Source: Octopus sinensis
Lineage: Eukaryota
Direction of reading: 5' to 3'
NCBI RefSeq assembly: GCF_006345805.1
Contig: NC_042999.1
Span: forward strand, 151,714,001-151,778,000
Length of the DNA stretch: 64,000 bases
In this document: piece by piece, positions 1-11,781 of the stretch
Position numbering within the stretch: position 1 is the first letter of the stretch
How the letters are laid out: each line of letters opens with the position of its first letter
Made by a program: the position numbers and the translations under genes
The notes under the pieces: generated by a model
Database searches by the model: none
What the model saw: only the letters and a program-made list of their open reading frames with translations
What the model was told of the DNA's origin: nothing

Positions 1-248
1 GTGTATGTATATATGTATGTATGTATGTATGTATATATATATGTATGTATATGTATGTATGTATATATATATATGTATGTATGTATACGTATGTATGTAT
101 GTATATATATATATATGTATATGTATGTATGTATATATATATGTATGTATATGTATGTATGTATATATATATGTATATATATGTATGTATATATATATAT
201 GTATATATATGTATGTGTGTATATATATATGTACATATACATATATAT

Positions 249-289
<41 letters not shown>

Positions 290-360
290 ATATACATAAT
301 ATATATACACACATCTACATGCATACAAACAAATATATAAATATATGTGTGTGTGTGTAT
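1..360. repeat. (TA)n/(TATG)n compound microsatellite
   Basis: Sequence is almost entirely TA/TATG/TG units; the ORFs here (MYVYIY...) are translation artefacts. Confidence 0.95.
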
Positions 361-1695
361 ATATATATACACACACACATTGTCACTAAGTTTCAGTGAA
401 TGCAATAAGGAATGAGTCACATCAAAACAAAGATATATGTATATATGTGTGTGTGTGTGTACGTACATATAGTGTAATCAAACTAATCATATTGATTTCC
501 TTGCATAGGTACAAGGTGTCAAAAGTTCTGATGTTCATGCCATTTTCAAAAGGTATTAGCAATGTGAATGAAGTTAGATGACTTTTATGCAATTCTACTC
601 CTCCTATTTCCTCTATTCACTGTTGCCAATCATAGACCCATACTAAGTACTTCCTTTTCATAACCGTATCTCTTTCAAACTCCCTTTTTTTTTCCCCTAT
701 TTCTCTGTGTGTGTCTCTCTCTCTCTCTGTCTCTCTCTCTATATATATATCATTTGTTCTCCCCACACTCCAACCCTTAACTTTCAATAGTTTCAAATTG
801 AATATAAACTGTATTGATCTCATCCAGCTGTCCTTATCCTTCACCCTAAAAGGGTCTGGAAAAGCAATAGACTGATCAGTCTCTTATTGATTTTAATACA
901 AACTACAAAAAAAAAAATAACAACAACAATAATAAAAAAAATCCCTTTAAAATCGAAGCTAGTTCATGGAGTCACCTCACAGAGATTTATATCTACTTCA
1001 TAGCTTTTTCTATTCAATTCTACTGTTTTTTAGGCTTTTTAAAAAATTTTATTATTATTTATTTGTTTGTAAAATTTTCTTATTTATTCATCGGAATATC
1101 AGACTTTTTGTAAGTTTGACCTTCATTAGCGGCAACAGATTTCCCATTGGATTCATGATTCAACCCCCTAAATTCATGATTCATACCAGTCTCATGAACA
1201 TCTTGGTTGTTTTATTGTCCCTCAATGAATTTTCTACAACTTGGATATATAATAGCCTAGGCTTTAGCTTTTATACTTGCTCAAGCAGGCGTTTCTTGTT
1301 TTTGTTGTTGCTTTTGGCAGTTTTTCAGTTTTCACTCTTGGTATACTTGTATTTTGTGTTTGTGTGTATTAATGTGTGAGCGAGGGTCATTGAAAGAGAA
1401 AGCAGGAAAGAAAGAGAGAGAGAGAGAAAGAGAGAGAGGGAGAGAGAGAGAGAGAGAGAGAAGGTATATGTATATAATTTAGAGTGAATGTGTTATGAAT
1501 GAGTTTGTACATAGTGTCTCAACATAATTGCTGTCATTGTCATCGTCATCATCACATCATCATCATCACCACCACCACCACCACCACCATCATCACCTGC
1601 TTTTTTATGCCTGCATGAGTTGGATGTGTGTGTGTGTGTACACGTACTTACATGCATACATATACATACATATATACATTCATGCACACACATGT

Positions 1696-1990
1696 TATCA
1701 TCATCTTTTAATGTTCGTCTTCCATGCTGACACATGCTGGATGGTTTGATGGGTTACAGGACTATCTCATGTACCGATCTCTGCTTTGACATGGTGTTCT
1801 ACAGCTGGATGCCCTTCCTATTGTCAAGCACTCTACAAACTGTACAGGGTGCTTCCTTCCACAGCACCACCACTAGCAAGGTCACCATCTTGCTTGCAAG
1901 GTTAATCTTCCATCAAATGAGTGATCTTACAGTAGTGAGGGCGATCGCTTTATGTTAGGTGAGGAAAGGTTGGAAGAAGCTGGAACAGGC
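1696..1990 (-). mobile_element. Old, diverged RTE-type 3'-tail repeat (variant of the LINE tail family)
   Basis: (CAT)n tail then TTTAATGTTCGTCTTCCATGCTG...CTACAGCTGGATGCCCTTCCTA, the reverse complement of the motif in the LINE 3' end at 30830-30960. Confidence 0.55.
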
Positions 1991-2149
1991 TTCTATCCGC
2001 AGAGACAATTCATGGCTGCTCACATCATACATTTGTGTTGACTTGGACTTGTAGTTACACCCAAAGAAGGATTTGCTTTTGGGTGTGTGTGTGTGTGTGT
2101 GTGTGTGTAGGAAAGAATCTTGTGAAGGTGTGTGACTTAGTAGTGAGAG

Positions 2150-2410
2150 TAGCCAACTCATGATCATAAGGTTGTATTGTGTCCTTAAGTAAGACACTTT
2201 ATTTCACATTGCTCCAGTCAACTCAGATGACAAAAACAAGCTGTAACTGTTAATTCTTTGTCACTTTCTGTGTCATGCTGAATCTCCTTGAGAAATACGT
2301 CAAGGGTACATATGTCTGTGGGGTGCTCAGCCACTTGCACATTTATTTCATGAGCGGTCTATATGTTAATTGGGCTAATGGGAACACTCATCATAACTGG
2401 CAGAGGGCCA
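2150..2410 (+). mobile_element. Degenerate SINE: CORE-like head plus 'H' tail
   Basis: TGTGTCCTTAAGTAAGACACTTTATTTCACATTGCTCCAGTC followed by GTGTCATGCTGAATCTCCTTGAGAAATACGTCAAGGGTAC, shared with copies at 16309-16686 and 54950-55272. Confidence 0.5.
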
Positions 2411-3164
2411 GCTTTTAGGAAACCTTCACTAAAAGACAGGGGTGTTTAGATAGCTGATTTTTTCGGTTGAGTGTTTTTCTCAAAGATCTTTCATCTTATT
2501 CTTTTGCCAAACCTTTCTGTAGGCTTTCTTGTTTGGTATTGTTATATTTTTCATTGAGCGTGGAATTCTGATGGTTTGCTTCTTTCCTGGTATCAGTATC
2601 TATAAATTGGTGTTCTACATTGTGAAAGAAGCAAACATAATTGTTAAACCAAGGCTATTATTTTAAAGCTAGATTTACGCAATAATGACGTTAGAAGCAA
2701 TAAACCTTAATATTTCTGAAGTACATATTTTATCAGCCACAGATGTATGAAAGAAATAATACATACTAATAAGTAGATGTGAGTGTGTGAGTGTGTGTGT
2801 GTGCATGCATATATACATGATTGTTTTTTCCTTTCTTTGTTGTTGTTTTGCATTTTCTTTTGTTATGTTGATATGGATTCAATGGTTCTGAGATTTACAA
2901 ATATCTGTGTGTATCCTTTTACAATTGGATCCCATTTCAAGTACTAAATACTTTTATCTTGAAGTGGAGCTGTTATGTATATTCCAGCTGGATAGGCTCA
3001 CATTTTACAAAACAAAGTACTTGCAAAATGAAAGTAACAATAACGCTACTAATTACAGATTCTGTTGGAGAAGTATACTTGCTAGTGCCATGAGTAGGAA
3101 TGTGGTTGCTTGAAGATGGGTGGCGATTTTATTGCTTTGATACAAGATCCTTTTTTGTAACAGG

Positions 3165-3306
3165 TTGGGTATGTATGTATATGTGCGTAAGTATGTAGAT
3201 ATGTATGTAGACATGTATGTGTGTATGCATGTGCCTATGTGTGTGCATACATGTATGTGTGTATGTCTGCATGAGGGTTATGTATGCAGGCATGAATATC
3301 TATTGT

Positions 3307-3379
<73 letters not shown>

Positions 3380-3385
3380 TCACAC
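3165..3385. repeat. (TATG)n/(TG)n and (CA)n microsatellites
   Basis: Direct reading of the sequence. Confidence 0.9.
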
Positions 3386-3708
3386 ACACAGAGGAATTTA
3401 TCTGAAAGAGCATTATATTACACCAAGGTAGAAGTATATGTTTAGGGTGGGGCTGAGGTGTGTGTAAGGGAGGGAAATGTAGCCCTTAAAACACTGCCAG
3501 TATCGTTGTTGCTGCAAATATATTTATCAGCGGCGGTGTTGCCATCATCATCTTCATCATCATTGCTAGGCTATCATATGACCACATGAAAATAGGAACT
3601 TGTATGAGAAGAACAGTGTTGGAATGCTCAGATTTTGACACTGAAGTTTACGTATTTTTAAGCAACCGATTTCTGAAAATGTTGACCCCCCCAAACAAAA
3701 GTGGTAAT

Positions 3709-3765
<57 letters not shown>

Positions 3766-3993
3766 TATATAGATATATAGATATCTATATACTTGTGCAT
3801 GCATATATGTGTCAGCAGTCCTTGCCTGTTTTTATGGAAGGTAATATTATTCCATGGTCAGATTTGTTTTCACAGAAGACCAGAGGGAAAGAACACTGCT
3901 TATGTAACAATAACACTTGTTTACAACTAAGACAAGTAGACATTCACACACACAGAGAATCACGTAACATATATGTGAGATATATATATATAT

Positions 3994-4049
<56 letters not shown>

Positions 4050-4417
4050 AAACAAAGTCAAAGAGCTGCTGAAGAAAAATACCCAATATCTTTTCTGATA
4101 TTTTATAAATTTCTGTCATATATCACCTAATCCTTCTTGAGACTGGATATTATCTTGGCTTCTGAAACCATAAAGCAGTTTATTTTACTGGTGCTAACTC
4201 TACTTTGGGAGAAGAGGATGGAAGAGATGCAAGACAGGAAGAGGATGAAGTATCAAGTGTAGAACACTTGTTGCGGGAATAGGTGGAAGAGCAAGTGCAT
4301 ACTTGGAGGTAGGCAGTCAAGGGTTCATAGGCAGTTCTTAAATAAGGCCTTTGTATTAAGCCTAGGTTTTACAAGGGTGAGCAGAAGAGCTCTCAGAAAC
4401 TACTTGGAGACTGCAGA

Positions 4418-4847
4418 CATCATCATCATCATCATCGTTTAACATCTGCTTTCTATGTTGCTATGGGTTGGACGGTTTGACTGAGGGCTGGCAAGCCAGA
4501 AGGCTGCACCAGGCTCCAATCCGATTTGGCAATTTTTCTGCAACTGGATACCCTTCCTAACACCAACCACTCTGAGTGTGTAGTGGGTGCTTTCTATGTG
4601 CCACTGGCATGAGGGCCAGTCAGGCAGTACCAGTATTGGACACACTTGAATGGTGCTTTTTATGTGGCACTGACAACAACCATGCTCAAATGGTGCTCTT
4701 TACATGCCACTGGCATGGGACCAATCAGCCAACACTGACATCGACCACGCTTGAATGGTGCCTTCTATATACCACTGGCATGGGAACCAGTCAGGCAACA
4801 CTGTCAACGATCACACCTAAATGGTGCTTTTTACCTGCCACCGGCAA
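4418..4847 (-). mobile_element. 5'-truncated RTE LINE 3' end with ~3-4 hairpin units
   Basis: (CAT)n tail, GTTTAACATCTGCTTTCTATG..., CTGGATACCCTTCCTAACACCAACCACTC, then repeated GGTGCTTTTTATGTGCCAC-type units; matches 30640-30962 in reverse. Confidence 0.85.
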
Positions 4848-5349
4848 TACATCTATATGACTCTAGTTAAGAAGAAAAGACCCCTGTGGGGTCAGTAGAA
4901 TGTCACTTGAATACAAACCAAGGGTTGATTAATCTCACTTGGGTCACCTGTTTCAGGGTGGTTGTAAGACCTGAAACATCTAGTATTTCCCATATACAGA
5001 CATTGTGTCCAAATATTGCATTCAGAGATGAATGAAAAACTAAATATGTGTGTGTGTATGTTTGTGTACATACATACACATAAACACACAAACTTGTTGT
5101 TTTTATCAGCTTAAAACTGTCTTTTATCAGCTTAATTCTGGTGGTAATTTCAATCTGTATAACTCTGTTTTGAGTTTGTTTTGCATCATTTTTGTCAGAA
5201 ATTTTGTTAAAATTTGTCTTTGCTTATTGATTTAGTTTATCATATTCTCATGTGTATTGAAAAATCTTTAACAGATGTCAATGTTAGAATATGAAAAACT
5301 ATTTTGTTATGTGTGTTTTATTGAAAAGGAAGAGGCTGATGATAAACAA

Positions 5350-5350
5350 C

Positions 5351-5392
<42 letters not shown>

Positions 5393-5490
5393 CATTATTA
5401 TTATTATCATTATCATTATTATTATTGTGATGATGATGATGATGATGATGTGGTGGTGGTGAGGGGGAGGAGGAAGAGGAAGAGGAGGAG
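5350..5490. repeat. (TAT)n/(GAT)n/(GGA)n compound trinucleotide repeat
   Basis: Direct reading. Confidence 0.9.
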
Positions 5491-5790
5491 GATAGCCATG
5501 ATATTGTTGCTTCTACAAATGATGGTACTGTTGGCAGAGTTGCTAGGTTAGAGGACAACATAAGTCAGTCAATACTGCAGTTAAGTGTTTTGTTTTATAT
5601 ATACACAGCACATGTCTCTGCCAACCCTTTAGCTGGTAACATAACTGTTTGATAGCTGAAGCTATTATGCTGTTGCATAAACAGCCTGCCATCACCCATG
5701 GGTGAGTATGGCTTAGTACTGTGTTCCATGCTTTCGTTGATTGTATTAGTTACCAATGTAGTCTCAAGCAGACATAGACATCCTCTTGAC

Positions 5791-5987
5791 TAGAGATTCT
5801 CAATTGCAGCTTCCAGGGGCACATGCGGCCCTCAAGCATCTTTCTGGATGCCCTTGACAGTTTTCCCTCTATAAATATAATAAATTTTCCTTTAATTGAC
5901 TTGTGTTTTACTTTTTTTTGGTGTGGTCCCCTAAAACAATTCAGGTTTTGGATTTGGTTCAGATATCAAAAAGGTTGACAACCATTG
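5791..5987. mobile_element. hAT-superfamily MITE with perfect 8-bp TSD
   Basis: Imperfect TIRs TAGAGATTCTCAA (5791) and TTGACAACCATTG (ends 5987); identical 8-bp flanks CTCTTGAC at 5783-5790 and 5988-5995. An 8-bp TSD and CAGTGGTTCTCAA-like ends are hAT (Charlie-type) hallmarks. Confidence 0.8.
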
Positions 5988-6630
5988 CTCTTGACTCTCC
6001 ACCAGCACTTAGGGAAAAATGCTTAGTGGCATTTCATTCGTTTTTATGTTCTGTCTTCAAATTCCATCTAGGTCAACTTTGTTTTTCATCCTTTCGGATA
6101 CCAGTTGACTTCTGGGGATGATGTAATCAACTTATCTCCTCCCCTGAAATTACTGGCTTTGTGCCAGAAACTTATATTACAGAGAAGTATGCTTATATTA
6201 CAGAGACGTATGCCATATATAGAATAAGTCTGTCACTATGTTGCTCTACATTCAAGTAATCACACTCAATACTTTCTGTCTTCATTACAAGGTTTTATTT
6301 GTTCATTCCTGAACTTCTTGATCCATAATATGATTCCATTTTGAAGCTTGTGGAATGATTTCTGTTTCTTGTCAGTAATCTGTACAAGACTATGAAAATA
6401 ACATAATTTATTTTGCTAACTCAGTATCATTGAACCTACATAATATCTGTTTGAATTTTTCTCTTTTTCCTTCCCCCCGCCCAATAAAAATTAGGTTGAC
6501 TTGAATAAATGTAATTACAACTGGTCCTGTCAGGACAGTTGTTAGGAAATCTGAGTCACCACCAGTGACATTCAGAATTCCTTCCTTGCTTCATTATGGT
6601 AAACCATTTTGGTCAAATGTTATTCCTTAC

Positions 6631-6668
6631 CGCCCATCAACTGCAGGATTCATAATTACAGGATACTT
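6631..6668 (-). CDS. Candidate 38-nt internal exon (KYPVIMNPAVDG-R)
   Basis: Minus strand: ...tttatatatcag|AAGTATCCTGTAATTATGAATCCTGCAGTTGATGGGCG|gtaagg; open in phase 0, lies in non-repetitive sequence. No homology recognised. Confidence 0.3.
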
Positions 6669-7636
6669 CTGATATATAAACCTAATGATTTTACATACTG
6701 AGTTCATACCATACGCTGTTGAAAAGCTATCGAATCTATAATTTTTTTTTTTTTTCCAGTTAGAACTGCCATGATGACTCAGTCTGTAGAATCTTAAAAC
6801 TGCTTAATGCTAAGTGTAACACAAGACTATGATTACTCATTTATATGATAAGGTGATGTTAAGAACATTTCTTGAACAGTGTAGATGGGATTGTAAAGGG
6901 ATTATTTCCAATAAGTCTTATTCATAAATATCCAATGGTTTCTCAGTTCTCTAGAGAGAATGCAACAATTATGCTTGAAGCAAATTAAAATAGAATGAAA
7001 TGTCTGATTCAGCAATGCCCCAATCCATTTGCATTTAGGAGGAAATGGTAATTTGGAATCTTAGTCTACAATAAAGCTATTCCTTATTTGCAAATCTCTC
7101 TAATCAAAACTTGAAGATAAATACTTTTCTTCTTTTAACTAAAAATTATTTTGTATCCATCTATTTTATGGTTGTATTGAACTTCAATGTAATTTGTTTA
7201 TATTTGTGTAAATTATTTTATATCCAGTTGTCATGGTTACTTCTCACATATTCTAATGGATAAATAACAAAATCGTGGCTCTGTTGTTTTAAATTCTAGC
7301 TCTTATATTGATTTGAACTTTCACCATAGCGACAAATTCTTGAATTTATAAAAATTATGATATTTAAATCAATAAATAGACAAGATAATTAGACAAAAAA
7401 ATTCACTATATCAATTGGTATAAATTTTACAAGAGCTGGTTGTGTTTTCATTACAGATATGTATTTTGTTTATCCTTTATCCATATTAACATATTTTTTA
7501 AAAGTTTTAATCACACAACCTAACTCTAGTCTTTCTTTAGTCTACTTCATCTTAATTCTTTTTAACTCTACTACTCCTCACTTCATTTGATTATCCTCTG
7601 TAGTTAGCTATGCAGTAGTAATATTTTAATATACCA

Positions 7637-7835
7637 ATGTTAGCATGCTGGGTGAAATACTTAGCGGTATTTCGTCTGTCTTAACATTCTGAGTTTAAAT
7701 TCTGCCGAGGTCGACTTTGCATTTCATCCTTTCGGGGTCGATAAATTAAGTACCAGTTGCATACTGGGGTCGATCTAATCAACTGGCCCTCCCTCCTCCA
7801 AAAGTTTGGGCCTTGTGCCTAGAGTAGAAAAGAAT
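7637..7835 (+). mobile_element. tRNA-head SINE, family B
   Basis: GTTAGCATGCTGGGTGAAATACTTAGCGGTATTTCG..GAGTTTAAATTC (B-box-like), central GAGGTCGACTTTGCATTTCATCCTTTCGGGGTCGATAAATTAAGTACC, tail GGCCTTGTGCCTAGAGTAGAAAAGAAT; about 20 copies in the window. Confidence 0.85.
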
Positions 7836-7857
7836 ATTTTAATCTACCACACACATA

Positions 7858-8232
7858 GGTGCAGGCATGGCTGTGTGGTAAGAAGTTTGCTTCTTAACCA
7901 CATGGTTCCAGGTTCAGTCCCACTGTATGGCAACTTGGGCAAATGTCTTCTACTATAACTTCAGGCTGACCAAAGCCTTGTGAGTGAATTTGGTTGACAG
8001 AATCTGAAAGAATTCCATTGTGTGCACATATGTGTGTGTTTGTTTGTGGTTCTTTGTGTCTGTGTTTGTCTCCCACAACTACTTGACAACCAGTATTGGT
8101 TTATTGACATCCCTGTGACTTAGCAAAAGCAACCTATAGAATAAGTACCAGGCTTACAAAAAAAGTATTGGGGTAAAATCCTTCAAGGTGGTGCCCCAGC
8201 ATGGCCACAATCTAATAACTAAAACAAGTAAA
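7858..8232 (+). mobile_element. tRNA-head SINE, family C (CORE-like domain, central microsatellite)
   Basis: Head GGCATGGCTGTGTGGTAAG...GGTTCAGTCCCACTG, CORE-like GGCAACTTGGGCAAATGTCTTCT, central (TG)n, tail GGTGCCCCAGCATGGCCAC..AAACAAGTAAAA; many copies (31972, 32368, 39148, etc.). Confidence 0.85.
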
Positions 8233-8566
8233 ACATACACAAATATGAATATTATTGTTTATATATTAGAAATTCATGTTGTTATAACTCTGGGGATTAG
8301 GGAATTTTAACTTTCACCATTATCAGCAGGAACAGCAACATTTAATATCCATTTTTCTATATTTGCATGGGTCAAACAGAACCTGCTGTGGTAGATTTTC
8401 TGTGGCCCAGTGGCCCTTCCTGTCTCCAACCCTTGCCTCCTATTTCCAAGCAAGGTAATATTTTCCCATAGCTTGACATATTTTCATGGAAGACTGGAAA
8501 CAAACAACGTTGCTTGTATGATGAGGATATTTGTTTACCACCATCATATAATGTCTAGATGAGTAT

Positions 8567-8602
<36 letters not shown>

Positions 8603-8636
8603 ATACATACATATACAATAGGCTTCTTTCAGTTTC

Positions 8637-8919
8637 TTATTTCTTTATTGCCCACAAGGGGCTAAACATAGAGGGGACAAACAAGGACAGACAGATGGAT
8701 TAAGTCGAATATATTGACTCCAGTGCGTAACTGGTACTTAATTTATCGACCCTGAAAGGATGAAAGGCAAAGTCAACCCCGGTGGAATTTGAACTCAGAA
8801 TGTAACGGTAGACAAAATACCACTAAGTATTTCACCGGTTTTTTTTTTTTTTTGCTCAGAACATTTAACTTAATACAAATCACAGATTTCAGAAGTGTCC
8901 CAAGTGGTCATCACAGCAA
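8637..8919 (-). mobile_element. Family B SINE (B2 tail) fused to a poly(A)-ended foreign segment, inserted into a family C head
   Basis: Flanked by the 16-bp duplication GGCTTCTTTCAGTTTC (8621-8636 and 8920-8935); SINE part 8637-8838, T15 at 8839-8853, unrelated 66 bp at 8854-8919. Confidence 0.75.
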
Positions 8920-9094
8920 GGCTTCTTTCAGTTTCTGTCAACTAAATCCACTCACAAGGCTTAGGAGTATAGTAGAAGACACGTGTCCGAGGTGCCATGC
9001 ACTGGGATTGAATCCAAGAAAACATGATTGGAAAGTAAGCCTCTTAACCACACAGCCACACCTGTATACTACAATACTTCTAAAACAATTAAGG

Positions 9095-9305
9095 TAACAA
9101 GCTGGCAGAATCATTAACATGCCAGACAAAATGCTAAAAGGCATTTCATCCATCTTTACGTTCTGAGTCCAAATTCCATCAATGTTGACTTTGCCCTTCA
9201 TCTTTCAGGGGTTGATAAAATAAGTACCATTTGAGCACTGGGGTCGATGTAATTGACATAGCCCCTCTCAAAATTGCTGGCCTTGTGCCAGAATTTGAAA
9301 CCAAT
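9095..9305 (+). mobile_element. tRNA-head SINE, family B
   Basis: AAGCTGGCAGAATCATTAACATGCC...GTTGACTTTGCCCTTCATCTTTCAGGGGTTGATAAAATAAGTACC...GGCCTTGTGCCAGAATTTGAAACC. Confidence 0.8.
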
Positions 9306-10097
9306 ATCTCTAAAGCAGTTAATGTTACAGTCAATGTTTACTAGCTCCTAATAATTTACGTTATCTTTTGTTTTTGTTTTTTTGTTTTTTGTCTCTTTAT
9401 TTATGCTGCTTCAATCAATATATTCTCTGATTATATTCTAGCACTTTATTTCTATATGCAGATATATCCTTTGGCTGGATTTGATCTCAGATGTTTAATT
9501 TCTAATGCAGAATTTCATTATTCTTCTACACTATGCCACAAACCCTATAAGGCAGATGTCAAATTCGGTATTTTTAATTTCATTTTGTTAACAGAAACCA
9601 TATTGAGCTTTATAGCCTGTGCTAGGTTTATTGATTGGGTTCTCAGTGGTATATATACTGCCAATTTGGTTTTTCTTAGATTCCACTGTGATTCTTTGTC
9701 CAGAGTGGAAACTTCATACACTAACAATGTGATTTTTTTTTCCATTTTAACAACATATATACCTTATTTATTTATTTATTTATTCTATTCTATTCTATTC
9801 TTGACTTTCTTCTATGATCAGAAAATTTCCATTCCGATCTTTTGCGTTAAACTTATTCTTACATTACAAGACATTCAACAAACACATGGCATCTTATAAA
9901 TGCACTTCTATAATTGCATAACTCCTGGATAGATGTTTTTTAACTCTAATGAGATATCTGTAGAGCATAGTCGCATGTCAGAATTCTATCTTGATGTTAT
10001 TGTTTATGCAGATTCTTTCTCTCTCCTCAGTCACACCATTACAGTAGTGCAGTAAGTACACAGATATGTAGCTTTTGACCTTCCATAATTCTATAGA

Positions 10098-10158
10098 TCT
10101 TATACCTTTACTCCTCATCTCCAAAGGTAAAGTCAACCCCACTGAGTTTGAAGTCTTG
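10098..10158. repeat. Left arm of a perfect 61-bp inverted repeat (partner 11147-11207)
   Basis: TCTTATACCTTTACTCCTCATCTCCAAAGGTAAAGTCAACCCCACTGAGTTTGAAGTCTTG is the exact reverse complement of 11147-11207. Confidence 0.95.
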
Positions 10159-10159
10159 T

Positions 10160-10862
10160 TCCAATCATTAGACTGCGACCATGCTGGGGCACCACCTTGA
10201 AGAATTTTAGTTAAACAAATCAGCCCCAGTGTTTATTTTTGTTTTTTAAACCTGGTACTTGTTCTATTGGTCTCTTTTGCCAAACCACTAAGTTACAGGG
10301 ACATAAACTCACCAACACTGGTTGTCAAGCAGTGGTGGGGCACAAACACAAACACAAAGACAATGCACATATATATACACACACAACGTAAAAAGCACTA
10401 TCCGACTCGTGGCCGATGCCAGCACCGCCTCGACTGGCTTCCGTGCCGGTGGCACATAAAATACACCAATCCGACCGTGGCCGTTGCCAGCCTCGCCTGG
10501 CACCTGTGCAGGTGGCACGTAAAAAGCACCCACTACACTCACGGAGTGGTTGGCGTTAGGAAGGGCATCCAGCTGTAGAAACATTGCCAGATTAGACTGG
10601 AGCCTGGTGCAGCCTTCTGGCTTCCCAGAACCCCGGTCGAACCGTCCAACCCATGCTAGCATGGAGAACGGACGTTAAACGATGATGATGATGATGATGA
10701 CAACAGGCTTCTCTCAGTTTCTTTTTACCAAACCTATTCACAAAGCTTTGGTCAGCTCAGAGCTATAGTAGAAGACTCTGGCCGAAAGTGCCATGCAGTG
10801 GGACTGAACCTGGAACCATGTGGTTGGGAAGCAAACTCCTTACCACACAGCCATGCTTGCAC
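10160..10862 (-). mobile_element. Family C SINE split by an RTE-tail insertion in its central microsatellite
   Basis: C tail at 10160-10380, C head at 10700-10862, with the RTE tail copy 10385-10700 between them. Confidence 0.75.
10385..10700 (+). mobile_element. Young 5'-truncated RTE LINE 3' end
   Basis: Hairpin units, then GGAGTGGTTGGCGTTAGGAAGGGCATCCAGCTGTAGAAAC...GGACGTTAAAC(GAT)n; CpGs retained; near-identical to 30700-30962. Confidence 0.9.
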
Positions 10863-11146
10863 CCGAATAAGTAATGTTTGATATTCCAGATTCCATGGGC
10901 TTGTATATGTTATAAGTTGTTCATCATCATGATCATGTCATTATCATTTAATGCCCATGTTTTCTGCTGGCATGGGTTGGATAGTTTAATGGGATGAGAC
11001 AAGTTCAAGGACTGCATCATGCTCCAGTGTCTGCTTCGTCATGGTTTCTACAACCGGATACCCTTTCCCAATGCCAACCACTTTACAACATGTGCTGAGT
11101 GATTTTTTCATATCATCTAGCATTAGTGAGGTCACCATGCTGCTTG

Positions 11147-11207
11147 CAAGACTTCAAACTCAGTGGGGTTGACTTTACCTTTGGAGATGAGGAGTAAAGG
11201 TATAAGA
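11147..11207. repeat. Right arm of the perfect 61-bp inverted repeat
   Basis: CAAGACTTCAAACTCAGTGGGGTTGACTTTACCTTTGGAGATGAGGAGTAAAGGTATAAGA; embedded in an old RTE-tail variant (10920-11330). Confidence 0.95.
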
Positions 11208-11372
11208 GAAGGGCCAGATCAGAATAGGCTTCTTGCAGGGGAGAAGCTACATGAGTACTCACATTTTAGAATTGAGGGTGGTAGTGATTGAGGTAGAGCT
11301 GGAAAGAGATAGAATACTGATGATGAGGTGTCTAGATGGACCTTGAATGCCCACATATACATATACATACAT

Positions 11373-11527
11373 ATCATCATCATCATCATCATCATTTAGC
11401 GTCCGTTTTCCATGCTAGCATGGGTTGGACGGTTCAACTGGGGTCTGTGAAGCTGGAAGGCTTTATCAGGCCCAGTCAGATCTGGCAGTGTTTCTACGGC
11501 TGGATGCCCTTCCTAACGCCAACCACT
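11373..11527 (-). mobile_element. Short RTE LINE 3' end flanked by AT-rich microsatellite
   Basis: (CAT)n-TTAGCGTCCGTTTTCCATGCTAGCATGGG...CCTAACGCCAACCACT followed directly by (AT)n. Confidence 0.9.
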
Positions 11528-11781
11528 CATATATATATATATTTATATATATATATATGTATATATTGAATGGAGTTTGTTTAAGTAAATTGATGTCTAT
11601 ATATTAATTTCTCCATTTTTTTTCTCATACAAGAATATTTATATACACATATCCATCTATGTGAAACTAACATTTTTGGTTTTTCACTGAAGCACTGGAT
11701 ATAACCAGGGAACTTGGATGGTAACATCCCTTTGAGAGGATTTGATATCCTTGATGTAATTATATACATATATATTTAATG

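Noticed and set aside
4130-4415. Purine-rich coding-like segment (EEDGRDARQEEDEVSSVEHLLRE*)
   Set aside because: Multiple stops on both strands and no recognisable family; possibly an old TE fragment.
9456-9899. 147-aa ORF in AT-rich unique sequence (also 966-1379)
   Set aside because: Phe/Ile/Leu-rich composition typical of T-rich non-coding DNA; no recognisable motif.
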